Source of the DNA: a virus | Lineage: Duplodnaviria; Caudoviricetes | IMG/VR virus record: IMGVR_UViG_3300037258_000283 | Location: 2,046 to 66,045 of that record | Reading direction: 5' to 3' (one strand) | Length of the DNA stretch: 64,000 nt | Part shown: positions 27,585 to 36,252 of the stretch, piece by piece | How the letters are laid out: every line of letters starts with the position of its first letter | Position numbering within the stretch: the stretch's first letter is position 1 | Notes under the pieces: model-generated | What the model was told of the DNA's origin: nothing | Databases searched by the model: none | What the model saw: the letters and a program-made list of their open reading frames with translations, nothing else | Program-made: the position numbers and the translations under genes

Positions 27585-27638
27585 CAGCATGGCGGGGAAC
27601 GGCCGCGCGCCGCTCCCCGGCCACGGGTGCTCAGCCCG
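27585..27638 (+). ncRNA. 54-nt structured intergenic element, copy 2
   Basis: Covarying copy of 21913-21966. Confidence 0.6.
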
Positions 27639-27665
27639 GACCGACGGAGGAACGAGGAAACGACC

Positions 27666-27986
27666 ATGGGATCTACGAATACGTTCGCACCGACCGCGCC
27701 GGTCCTGCGGAGCAGGGCGGGTGCCGACTGGCGCACCGACCGTGTCACCACCGGGGAGCTGCGCGCGGGGAACGCCGTCCTGGACCCGGCAGCAGCGCCC
27801 GGGGCAGCCGCCACCGCGCGCCGCCTGGTCGTCCTGGACGGCAATCCCCGGGCGGTGGTCATCACCGTCCGGGGACACCTCATGACCGTCTTCGAGGTGA
27901 CCGGCCAGGACGCCGACTCCGGGCAGTACGTCAGCTGGACGGCCACGCTGGTGACCGCCTGGCACCGGGTACGCGGGTCGGTGTGA
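27666..27986 (+). CDS. hypothetical protein
   Basis: Follows AGGAACGAGGAAA. Confidence 0.6.
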   Translation: MGSTNTFAPTAPVLRSRAGADWRTDRVTTGELRAGNAVLDPAAAPGAAATARRLVVLDGNPRAVVITVRGHLMTVFEVTGQDADSGQYVSWTATLVTAWHRVRGSV

Positions 27987-28099
27987 TCGCCGTCGTCATC
28001 GGCGGTGTCCTGATCGTCCTGGGCACCGCCGCCCGTATCCGACTCATGATCCAGGCCCGCAGGGAGCGGGCACGGACCGCCGACCACCGAGAGGAGTAG
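27983..28099 (+). CDS. small membrane protein
   Basis: VIAVVIGGVLIVLG; GTGA coupling. Confidence 0.45.
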   Translation: MIAVVIGGVLIVLGTAARIRLMIQARRERARTADHREE

Positions 28100-28101
28100 C
28101 C

Positions 28102-28314
28102 GTGGACCGGCTCACCGACAAGCAGCGCGAAGCACTGCAGTACGCCGCTCAGGGCCTGACCGACCAGCAGATCGCCGCTGCCCTGGGCATCAGCCGGGAG
28201 TCGGTCAACGACCGGATGCGGACCGCCATGCTGAACCTGGGGGCGCAGACGCGGGCACAGGCCGTGGCCGCAGCCCTGACGGCGAAGCTGATCACATACC
28301 GGGCCGCCACGTGA
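28102..28314 (+). CDS. LuxR-type HTH regulator
   Basis: LTDKQREALQYAAQGLTDQQIAAALGISRESV...LGAQTRAQAV. Confidence 0.88.
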   Translation: MDRLTDKQREALQYAAQGLTDQQIAAALGISRESVNDRMRTAMLNLGAQTRAQAVAAALTAKLITYRAAT

Positions 28315-28502
28315 CCCGGGACCCGGTCGTCACCCGCTGGGAGTGCGCCGCGCCGCGTGAGGGGCAGCGGTTCCGGATCGTCCGGCAGACCCGCCAGACG
28401 GTCACCGTCCTCGGCACCGGTCAGCGGTTCACGCTGCGCACGATCTACGCATGGGCACCGGTCCCAGAACCGCCGCAGCCGGACGGCGTACGATCCACCT
28501 GA
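28311..28502 (+). CDS. hypothetical protein
   Basis: GTGA coupling. Confidence 0.45.
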   Translation: MTRDPVVTRWECAAPREGQRFRIVRQTRQTVTVLGTGQRFTLRTIYAWAPVPEPPQPDGVRST

Positions 28503-28576
28503 CGGCCCGCTGCGGTCACCCATCCCCCCGGGACCTGTGGCGGGCCGTCCCCGTACCCGACACCGGAAGAGGGACC

Positions 28577-29689
28577 ATGACCCGCTCGAAGACCCGCCTC
28601 ACCGCCGCCCTTGCCGCGCTGCCGCTGCTGGCCGCCGGATGCGCGGCGGCCGACGCGTCGGTGGCGCGCACACAGGTGACGGAGGACTACCTGGGTCCGT
28701 CCGTCGCCACGGCCGGGGAGGCAGTCTCCGCGTCCCTGGTCGTCCACGCCCCCGCCGGGCTGCGCGTGGACGCCGTCGGCGTCGCCGTGCGCGACTCCCA
28801 CGGACGCAATCTCGACTTCCCCGGCAAGGAGGCCGCGACCATCGGCCCTGCCGGGCTGCGCTACACCTCGAAGCCGGAGGCGTTCGCGGCCGGGACCTAC
28901 CGGGTCTTCGGTGCCTACCGGATCGCCGGGGTCTGGACGGACCTGCCGGCCGGCACGCTGACCGTGGCACCGGCCCCGGCCGCTCCCCCCGCGCCGGTGC
29001 CGACCACGGCCGCGCCGACGGGGTCCGTCACCGGCCCGGACGGCATCCCCGGCACCTGGCACCCGGTCTTCGATGACGAGTTCAACGGCACCTCGCTGGA
29101 CCTGTCCAAGTGGCAGCCGGGATGGCTCTCGAACGCGGCCACGACCCCGCACGTGAACGGCCTGGAGGACCAGGGGTACGCCCGCGCCAACGTGAGCGAG
29201 TCCGGCGGGGACCTGCACCTGACCCTGAACAGCCTGGGGGCGATCGTCAACACGGATGAGTCGGGCAAGCCGTTCAGCTACACGCACGGCGTGGCCGAGT
29301 TCCGCGTCTGGCTCCCGGGCACCGGGTCCGTGGTGGACGACTGGCCCGCGACGTGGACCGACGGGACCGGCACCTGGCCGGTCACCGGGGAGGACGACGT
29401 CATGGAGGGGCTGTCCGGTGGGACCGGCTGCCACTTCCAGAGCGTCCAGGACCACGGCGTCTCCGGGAACTGCTCCAACACCGGACCCGGCTGGCACACC
29501 TTCGCCAGCGACTGGGAGCCCGGGTCCGTGACCTACTACTACGACGGCAGGCAGGTCGGGAGGATCACGACCGGCACCACGGACGCACCGATGTACCTGA
29601 TCATGGATATGACGTCCGGAGCCACTATCGGGGGGCCCCGGGTACCCGCGACGATGCTCGTAGACTACGTGCGCGTCTGGCAGAAATGA
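28577..29689 (+). CDS. secreted/lipoprotein glycoside hydrolase family 16
   Basis: Signal peptide with LAAGC lipobox; Pro/Ala linker; W.PVFDDEFNG, WPA.W, catalytic EDDVME, WHTF...W, VDYVRVWQ. Confidence 0.85.
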   Translation: MTRSKTRLTAALAALPLLAAGCAAADASVARTQVTEDYLGPSVATAGEAVSASLVVHAPAGLRVDAVGVAVRDSHGRNLDFPGKEAATIGPAGLRYTSKPEAFAAGTYRVFGAYRIAGVWTDLPAGTLTVAPAPAAPPAPVPTTAAPTGSVTGPDGIPGTWHPVFDDEFNGTSLDLSKWQPGWLSNAATTPHVNGLEDQGYARANVSESGGDLHLTLNSLGAIVNTDESGKPFSYTHGVAEFRVWLPGTGSVVDDWPATWTDGTGTWPVTGEDDVMEGLSGGTGCHFQSVQDHGVSGNCSNTGPGWHTFASDWEPGSVTYYYDGRQVGRITTGTTDAPMYLIMDMTSGATIGGPRVPATMLVDYVRVWQK

Positions 29690-29700
29690 GGGAACGAACC

Positions 29701-29865
29701 ATGTTCAAGATCCTGGGCAACCTGCTGGTGCCTTTCCACAAGAGGCGGGTGGCCGCCGCCCGGAGCAACCTGCGCACCGCGTCCGCCAACATGGACACCG
29801 TCCGGCGCAACCGGGAGCTGGCCCGCGACGTCCGGGCTATGAGGAAAGCGGGCACGCTCCGGTGA
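29701..29865 (+). CDS. small basic hypothetical protein
   Basis: MFKILGNLLVPF...; RBS upstream. Confidence 0.5.
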   Translation: MFKILGNLLVPFHKRRVAAARSNLRTASANMDTVRRNRELARDVRAMRKAGTLR

Positions 29866-30407
29866 CAGAGGCTTATGACCCGCAGCCCGGGGACGTCGGG
29901 CTGACTCAGATCCACGGAGACGTGGGGATGCTGATCCGCTTCGGCCAGTGGCTGAACGGGGACGGCTTCGCGAACTACGAGCACGCTTTCGTCTTCACCG
30001 GGGACGGCATCGTGGAGGCCATGCCGGGCGGGGCACTGTACAGCCGGCTGGACAAGTACCCGGCCGACACTGTGGCCTGGCTGCGGTGCCCGCCACTGGA
30101 CGGGTCGGCCGTGGCCGCCGCCGCGCTCACCTACGTGGGTGTGCCGTACAGCTTCCTGGACTACGTCGCCATTGCCGCGCACCGGCTCCGGCTGCCGGTA
30201 CCGGGGCTGCGGTCGTACATCGCCAGCACGGGCCACATGATCTGCTCCCAGCTGGCCGACTCCGCCGCCCTGCGGGGCGGCTGGCGGCTGTTCACGGACG
30301 GGAGGTGGGACGGCTACGTGACCCCCGGCGCACTGGACCACTTGCTGGTCGTCCAGCAGCAGACCGGTCCCGAGGAACCGGTAAGAGAAGATCCACCGTC
30401 CCCGTAG
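29862..30407 (+). CDS. permuted papain-like (YiiX/NlpC-P60-like) enzyme
   Basis: PGDVG, YEHAF (His first), VEAMPGG, GVPYSF, MICSQL (Cys last), VTPG.L. Confidence 0.8.
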   Translation: MTEAYDPQPGDVGLTQIHGDVGMLIRFGQWLNGDGFANYEHAFVFTGDGIVEAMPGGALYSRLDKYPADTVAWLRCPPLDGSAVAAAALTYVGVPYSFLDYVAIAAHRLRLPVPGLRSYIASTGHMICSQLADSAALRGGWRLFTDGRWDGYVTPGALDHLLVVQQQTGPEEPVREDPPSP

Positions 30408-30440
30408 GCGGGCGGCTGACACAGGAACGAGGAACCGATC

Positions 30441-30626
30441 ATGGCAGCATACGAGTACCGCGTGGAGGACCCGATCCCGGCCACGCACCCCATGCGGAAG
30501 ATCCGGTGCAGCGGCTGCGGCCACGGTCCGGAATGGCACACCGACGCCGGTTGCGGGGAGTGCCAGCTGGACCGGGTCGGCGAGCCGTGGCGGCACACGT
30601 ACAGCCTGACGTCCGGGAGGTTCTGA
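30441..30626 (+). CDS. Zn-finger hypothetical protein
   Basis: CSGCGH...H...CGEC; preceded by AGGAACGAGGAACC. Confidence 0.65.
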   Translation: MAAYEYRVEDPIPATHPMRKIRCSGCGHGPEWHTDAGCGECQLDRVGEPWRHTYSLTSGRF

Positions 30627-30629
30627 CCG

Positions 30630-30869
30630 ATGGCCGCCGGAGTGCTGGACAGGCCGTGGACCGACGCCTGGGAGCGCGCTGTCCGACTTCGCCTGTATTG
30701 TCCGAGCTGCGGTGAGGTACGCGGCCGGACGATGGCCGGGACACCGGAGTTCACCCAGGACCCCTGGCAGGTGCTCGGACACTTCCGCTACGTGTACGAG
30801 GGTCAGCGGACCGTCCGCACGCTCTGCCACGGCGGTCCGGTGGACCCGGTGAAGGACCGCGCGCCGTAG
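30630..30869 (+). CDS. hypothetical protein
   Basis: CPSCG...H...C; exact start uncertain. Confidence 0.5.
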   Translation: MAAGVLDRPWTDAWERAVRLRLYCPSCGEVRGRTMAGTPEFTQDPWQVLGHFRYVYEGQRTVRTLCHGGPVDPVKDRAP

Positions 30870-30882
30870 GACGGCGCACAGC

Positions 30883-30919
30883 GAAGGCCCCGTACCCATC
30901 ACTGGGTACGGGGCCTTTC
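30883..30919. terminator. bidirectional terminator between convergent arms
   Basis: GAAGGCCCCGTACCCA-TCAC-TGGGTACGGGGCCTTTC. Confidence 0.85.
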
Positions 30920-30945
30920 TGCGTTCACCGCCAGGCGGTACCGGC

Positions 30946-31302
30946 CTACGCGCCGGGGCGCGCACCCCGCTTGCCGACGGCCACCGGCGAGACGCCGTGC
31001 CGGACCAGCAGCATGAGCGCGGAGGTGATCAGTGCGTCGATCGCGCCGATGGTCGCGGGGTTGGCGTCGAAATGGTACCCGGCCAGCAGCGCGGCCACGG
31101 CCCCTACCAGACCGGTGAAGGCGGCCGGGGCAATGGGCCGGGTGAGTGCGGCGGTGACGGCCGCGCCGACGGCGGCTATCACGGCGGTCCACAGACCGGC
31201 CTGTGCGGACGTCAGGCCGATGTTGAACGTGACGACCAGCGCCAGGGCGGAGCTGATCACCGCCATGATGAGCGCGGGCTCAGTGCCGAACGGCTTGTAC
31301 AT
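30946..31302 (-). CDS. holin-like membrane protein
   Basis: FGTEPAL...; about four TM helices; VSPV C-terminus; near the endolysin. Confidence 0.75.
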   Translation of the reverse strand: MYKPFGTEPALIMAVISSALALVVTFNIGLTSAQAGLWTAVIAAVGAAVTAALTRPIAPAAFTGLVGAVAALLAGYHFDANPATIGAIDALITSALMLLVRHGVSPVAVGKRGARPGA

Positions 31303-31471
31303 GGGCTTGTTCCTTCTCCCCTTCGTCCGCCAGGAGGCGGCTGATCCGCTTCCGGACGGTGGTCTCATGGCATCCGAGGTACCGCGCCGTGGCCGCGTAC
31401 GACCCGCGTAGCAGGTACTCGAAATACACTGTACGGCTGTCCACGCTCAAGGCGGGTTCCTGCCACGTCAT
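31280..31471 (-). CDS. small HTH protein
   Basis: GSYAATARYLGCHETTVRKRISR. Confidence 0.6.
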   Translation of the reverse strand: MTWQEPALSVDSRTVYFEYLLRGSYAATARYLGCHETTVRKRISRLLADEGEKEQAHVQAVRH

Positions 31472-32370
31472 GCGGTGACGGTGAAGCCGTGCCGCGTCCC
31501 CAGCCACGTCAGCGTGGTCTTCCCGGGGATGCCGTCCGCGTCCGCGCCACGGTACCCGCGACGGCGCTGGAGTGCCGCGTACGCGGCCACGGTGGCGGAG
31601 CCGAACGACCCGTCGTAGGCGTACTCGTTGCCCAGCAGCCCTTCCAGCCGCAGTGCCGCTTCCACCGGCTTCACGTCGGCCGGACGGGTCGTGTGCCCCT
31701 GGGCTGCCTGCGGGTCGTGCTCCGCCGCGTACACCGTGTTCTTCAGCGACACCTTCGGCTTCGCCGGGACCGGCGGCGGTGCAGCCGGCGTGAACGCGGC
31801 CACCCATGCCCGGAGCGCGTCCGGCTCCAGGTGGCAGTAGTCCAGGTCCACGGTCCGCGCGGCGTACTGGTGGAACAGCCACGGTGCATCGATCCCCGGC
31901 GCGCCCGCCAGCAGCCCGGACGTGGCGATCCACAGGAAGTCCTGGTAGTAGCCGGAGGTGTCCACGTCCAGCCAGTAGTCCTTGTTGCAGTACAGCCCGA
32001 CCGGGTTGTGCGGCAGCTTCCCCTTGACGTAGGCCAGCCACGCCTCCTTGTACGCGAACTGCCGGGTGAGCGGCACGCCGGCGTTGGCCGCGTCGTAGCC
32101 CTCCCAGTCCAGGACGACCAGGTGGCCCGGCTTCACGGCCGCGTGCGCCAGGAAGTAGTCCGCCTCCACCGTCACCTGGTCGGCCATGTGCGGGTAGTGG
32201 TAGGCACCGGGAACGAGGCCGCCGGAGACGGCGCGCGCCGTCTGCGCGGTGTACTCGGGGTTCTGGTAGGTCGTGCCCTCGGTCGCCTTCGCGAAGGCGA
32301 ACGTGAGCCCGGCCGTGGGCGGGGCCGGGGGCTGGTACGAAGCCCAGTCCTGGCCGTACGAACCGGTCAT
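31468..32370 (-). CDS. endolysin, GH25 muramidase with peptidoglycan-binding domain
   Basis: GQDWASYQ, FAKATEG, GAYHY, LDWE, WLFHQY; C-terminal DGSFGSAT...ADGIPG. Confidence 0.9.
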   Translation of the reverse strand: MTGSYGQDWASYQPPAPPTAGLTFAFAKATEGTTYQNPEYTAQTARAVSGGLVPGAYHYPHMADQVTVEADYFLAHAAVKPGHLVVLDWEGYDAANAGVPLTRQFAYKEAWLAYVKGKLPHNPVGLYCNKDYWLDVDTSGYYQDFLWIATSGLLAGAPGIDAPWLFHQYAARTVDLDYCHLEPDALRAWVAAFTPAAPPPVPAKPKVSLKNTVYAAEHDPQAAQGHTTRPADVKPVEAALRLEGLLGNEYAYDGSFGSATVAAYAALQRRRGYRGADADGIPGKTTLTWLGTRHGFTVTA

Positions 32371-32371
32371 G

Positions 32372-32902
32372 TCAGCTCCCTGCGGGGTTGTTGACGATCC
32401 ACTGGTGCACGGCGTCCAGCTCCGCCGCCGTCTCGGAGGCCACCACGGCGTCGTTGGTGACCACCAGGTGGTTGTCCTGGAGGGCTTCGCCGCTGTGGCT
32501 CCAGTTGGTGGAGCCCAGGACGGTGACCGACCCGTCCACCACCATGACCTTGTCGTGCATGATCGCACCCAGGCGGCTGGTGCCGATGGCTATGTCGGCC
32601 GCCGGGTACGCCTCCTTCAGCAGGATGCGCTTCTCCTCCGAGTACGCGGCCTGGGAGCTGTCCAGGGTGATCTGGACGGACAGGCCGGACCGGATGGCCG
32701 TCTCCAACCCTGCGGCCAGGGCCGTGTCATCGAACGCGTACATGGCCACCTGGATGCTGACCGTCGCCGTGGCGACCAGTTCCAGGAGCGCGGCGTGGAT
32801 ATCGTCGTCCGGTGCGTAGAGCACCCGCAGGTTGGCCGGGTAGCCAGACGGCAGCGGGACGTGCCGGTACTGGTCCAGGAAGGTCAGGTCTGCGTAGGTC
32901 AC
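32372..32902 (-). CDS. phospholipase D-superfamily (single HKD) protein
   Basis: MHDKVMVVDG...GSTNWS...QDN. Confidence 0.88.
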   Translation of the reverse strand: MTYADLTFLDQYRHVPLPSGYPANLRVLYAPDDDIHAALLELVATATVSIQVAMYAFDDTALAAGLETAIRSGLSVQITLDSSQAAYSEEKRILLKEAYPAADIAIGTSRLGAIMHDKVMVVDGSVTVLGSTNWSHSGEALQDNHLVVTNDAVVASETAAELDAVHQWIVNNPAGS

Positions 32903-33423
32903 GGTGTCCTCGAAGCGGTAGGGGACGGAGTCGGTGGCGGGGAGCCGGCGAACTGCTGGCAGTCGAGGGCATCGTACCCGTTCTTGATCACGACAACCGA
33001 CCGGTCGAACGCGGCCTTGTCCGTGGCCGCCGCCCGTGCGGCGGCCGTGTCCCCGGCCAACAGCAGCGAGTAGAGCGGGCAGAGCGTGTCCCGCCGGGTG
33101 GTGGTCTGGCTGGTGTTCAGGCGGTCGGTCAGCTGGGTGACCCGGACGTCGTTCGCGTGGATCTGGAGCCAGCCGACACCGATGATCGCGGACAGGACGA
33201 TGTCCACGGCCACGGACACGGCCACCCAGAAGATCATCCGCCGGTTGGTCCGGGCACGCTTCGCCAGGGATACGAACTGGTTGCCGGAGTCCTCCGCCAG
33301 GGAGCCGATCTCCGCCAGCACCGCCTGGCCGACGCGGACCAGTTCGTCCACCCGGGCCGCGTCCGGCGCTCCCGGTACGGGCTCAGGTTCCGGGCTCTCC
33401 GGCGGCTGTGCCGTCTCCGTCAT
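32899..33423 (-). CDS. membrane protein of the lysis cassette
   Basis: One TM helix, coiled coil, two Cys. Confidence 0.7.
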   Translation of the reverse strand: MTETAQPPESPEPEPVPGAPDAARVDELVRVGQAVLAEIGSLAEDSGNQFVSLAKRARTNRRMIFWVAVSVAVDIVLSAIIGVGWLQIHANDVRVTQLTDRLNTSQTTTRRDTLCPLYSLLLAGDTAAARAAATDKAAFDRSVVVIKNGYDALDCQQFAGSPPPTPSPTASRTP

Positions 33424-33589
33424 CGTCTCCGTCCTTCACCGGGGGGTGTGCGGCTTCCTCACGCAGCTGCCGGGACACGTTGAGAAGATCCTCAGCCAGG
33501 TGGTCCGCGTGGCTGGCCATCCGGGTCATCAACGTCCGCAGACGCCGGGACTCCTTCAATAGCTCTTCCACTGACGGCTCCCGGGCCAC
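33383..33589 (-). CDS. coiled-coil hypothetical protein
   Basis: VAREPSVEELLKESRRL... Confidence 0.5.
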   Translation of the reverse strand: MAREPSVEELLKESRRLRTLMTRMASHADHLAEDLLNVSRQLREEAAHPPVKDGDDDGDGTAAGEPGT

Positions 33590-33593
33590 GTGG

Positions 33594-33920
33594 TCATCTC
33601 CGGCGTGTGTTCGCGGATCGAGCAGCGTTGACGTCCCGGGTGGTGTCGGCCAAAGCCTGGGACGTCCGGGCAAGCGTGTTGACGTACTCATTTCTTACCA
33701 CCTCGGATAGCCTACTCAGCTCTTCGGTCACCCGGTCCGCCCGTGCCGACTCCTTCGCGGTCCGGGCGTCCGCGTCCGCCAGCATCTTCGTCAGCCGGAC
33801 GATCTCCTGGTCATGGTCGAGGTTCGACTTCTGGAACAATGCACGCGCCACCATCACGGCTATCACGGCTATCAAGCCCACGGCACCGTACTGGGTCAGC
33901 ACGTTCACGATGGGGGTCAC
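33594..33920 (-). CDS. membrane/coiled-coil protein (lysis-associated)
   Basis: LTQYGAVGLIAVIAV TM helix then coiled coil. Confidence 0.7.
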   Translation of the reverse strand: MTPIVNVLTQYGAVGLIAVIAVMVARALFQKSNLDHDQEIVRLTKMLADADARTAKESARADRVTEELSRLSEVVRNEYVNTLARTSQALADTTRDVNAARSANTRRR

Positions 33921-34015
33921 GGCAGCAGCCTCTCAGTCCTTGCGGGTCCGCATCCATGATCCCAGGTACCCCCGACTGTGTTGAAGATGTGAACGTACCG
34001 GTTGTGTCCCAGTGG

Positions 34016-35125
34016 TCAGGTGTTGTCCAGGTAGTAGCTGATCCCGTTGAAACTGACCCAGGCAGGTGCGGGTGTGGCTACCCCGACCGTGTGGGTGTGG
34101 GCGCTGAGCGTGTGTGCGTGCGAGCCGACCACGCCGTGGCTGTGGTCCGGGGTGGAGTGGCTGTGGCCGCCGTAGACGTAGTGGAAGTGCGCGCTCATGG
34201 AGTGCGTGTGACCGCCGTAGACGTAGTGGGTGTGCGCGGTCCCGGCGGTCTGCGCGCCGGTGGACTCGTCAATGCCCGCGAAGCCGCCGGTGTCGGTGCT
34301 GGTCGTGCTGTCCGGGGACGTGTTCTCGTCAACGCCCACGACGTTGGTCGTGCCGCCGCCGGAGGTCGTGGTGTTGTCCACCGGGTCCACCGTGTTGGTG
34401 GAGTCCGTGGACGGCCCGGAGACGGTGACCGGACTCAGCACGGGAGTCGGGCTGCGTAGGTTCACGGAACCGTCCGTGCTGAAGTCGATCTTCACGGAGA
34501 AGACAGCGCCCTGCGCATCCCGGGCCGCGTTCAGGGAGACCAGGCTCGCCGGGACATACCCGGCCGGGATGCCACCGCTGGCGATGATGGCGGTACTGCT
34601 GCCGTCGGACGCCGCGCCGCCCTTCCAGTCCATCCGCCACGACCCGTTGTCCCACACCCGCCGGTAGCGGACGGAGCCGTTGCCGTTGCCCCCGTGGGTG
34701 AACCCAGCCCCCAGCGGGGCGAGCGTCCACCCGGACGCGGAGAACTGCGCGGCCAGCTGCCCCAGCGCGAACAGGTTGGCGTCCTGCTTGACGATCAGGC
34801 AGGTGTCCCCGACCACCGGCGCGTAGCTGTCCAGGTAGACCACACCGGTGATCGTGGTCGTGGTGTCGCCGTTGACCTGGACGCTGAGCGTGGGCGGGAC
34901 GTCCGTGGTGTCGATGGCCGTCACCTGGCCCTTGATCACCGTGGCAGGGTCGAACGCCAGGATCGACTGCTGGCTGATCGTGGTGGCCAGGTCGCGGATC
35001 TGGGAGGTGAGCGCCGCCGCGTCGGCCGCCGCCTGGGCCGCCGCCGCGTCGGCCGCCGACTGGTCCGGGGTCTCCGGCGGATCTGCGGGTACGGTCGGGT
35101 CCGGCGGGGCGCTGGGAGTGGCCAT
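34016..35125 (-). CDS. minor tail / fibre-like protein
   Basis: LDSYAPVVGD N-terminal domain; HxH repeats; WVSFNGISY C-terminus. Confidence 0.75.
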   Translation of the reverse strand: MATPSAPPDPTVPADPPETPDQSAADAAAAQAAADAAALTSQIRDLATTISQQSILAFDPATVIKGQVTAIDTTDVPPTLSVQVNGDTTTTITGVVYLDSYAPVVGDTCLIVKQDANLFALGQLAAQFSASGWTLAPLGAGFTHGGNGNGSVRYRRVWDNGSWRMDWKGGAASDGSSTAIIASGGIPAGYVPASLVSLNAARDAQGAVFSVKIDFSTDGSVNLRSPTPVLSPVTVSGPSTDSTNTVDPVDNTTTSGGGTTNVVGVDENTSPDSTTSTDTGGFAGIDESTGAQTAGTAHTHYVYGGHTHSMSAHFHYVYGGHSHSTPDHSHGVVGSHAHTLSAHTHTVGVATPAPAWVSFNGISYYLDNT

Positions 35126-36249
35126 CAGCTCGTACTTTTTTTCGCTCGCAGGGTCAGTGACTGAGTGGATGCCGCGTCCAGCGGCACCGTGAAGGCGTCC
35201 ACGGCGTACAAGCCGCTGACGTTGGCCCCCGGCTGGTCCACCTGGACCACGTCCCCGGCCTCGTAGTCCGGGTTCACGATGCCGGTGGCGGACAGCTGGC
35301 TGGAGAACCCCAGCTGTCCCGACAGCAGGGCCTGCGCGGTCGTCAGCGCGTCCGCCGCCGTGGTGATGGTCTGGTCGGTGACGAACTGCGGCACTGCCCC
35401 GTACGGCCCCAGGTAGTAGGTCGCCGATGCCGGGTCGTCGTCCCAGGCCGTGGCCGTCACCGCCGGGGCCGTGTTGCCCGGGGACGCGCCGGTCACCACG
35501 ACGCCGTTGTACCCGGGATCGTCGGTGAAGACCTGGGTCATGTCGATCAGTGAGCAGTTCTGCCCGTCGATGTAGGTGAACTCCGGCGCGGGCAGAGCGC
35601 TGATGTCCGGCGGCGGGGCGATCACCACCCACCCGTCTACATCGAAGTAGATATCGCAGCCGAGCGACGACGCCAGGGAGGTCACGGCCGTCCATGGATC
35701 GCTGCTGGCGTCGTAGAGCTGGGGGGCAGCCGTGGTCCGGGTCGTGCTGATCGCGTCGTACTGGAGGTCCGGGAAGGTCAGCGCCAGGATGCCCTGGACA
35801 GCGGTCACCAGGTTGGTGCCGGTGGCCACCGTGTACGGGACCAGGAACTTGTTCCGGCTGACCGTCCGGGACAGGTCGGACGCCTCCAGCGTGATCTGGG
35901 GAGCGCCGGTGGCCGCCGTCTTCACCGACGACTTGGACAGCCGGAAGATCCCGAGCGGGACCACCTCCGTGGTCCCGTCGTCGTACAGCACGCCCCGGTA
36001 CGGCCGCAGCTCCGTCCCGAAGGGCGTCAGCAGGGAACTGGTACCGGTCGGCACCAGCACGCCCAGCGGGTCGATGCAGGTGACCTGGCAGGTGCGCCGG
36101 GTCGTGGCGGTCCGGTCCACGGTGACGCTGCCGCCGGTGACGGGCAGCCGGACCGTCTGCTGGGTCGGGGAGACGACGTCCACGTAGCTGTACACCGTGT
36201 GGGACAGCTTGATCTCCGCCAGGAACCGGTCAGTGGCGCGCTGGACCAC
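35125..36249 (-). CDS. minor tail protein
   Basis: GGSVTVDRTATTRR, L.PFGTEL...RGV, VPLGIFRL pattern of actinophage tail proteins. Confidence 0.8.
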   Translation of the reverse strand: MVQRATDRFLAEIKLSHTVYSYVDVVSPTQQTVRLPVTGGSVTVDRTATTRRTCQVTCIDPLGVLVPTGTSSLLTPFGTELRPYRGVLYDDGTTEVVPLGIFRLSKSSVKTAATGAPQITLEASDLSRTVSRNKFLVPYTVATGTNLVTAVQGILALTFPDLQYDAISTTRTTAAPQLYDASSDPWTAVTSLASSLGCDIYFDVDGWVVIAPPPDISALPAPEFTYIDGQNCSLIDMTQVFTDDPGYNGVVVTGASPGNTAPAVTATAWDDDPASATYYLGPYGAVPQFVTDQTITTAADALTTAQALLSGQLGFSSQLSATGIVNPDYEAGDVVQVDQPGANVSGLYAVDAFTVPLDAASTQSLTLRAKKSTS

Positions 36250-36252
36250 GGC

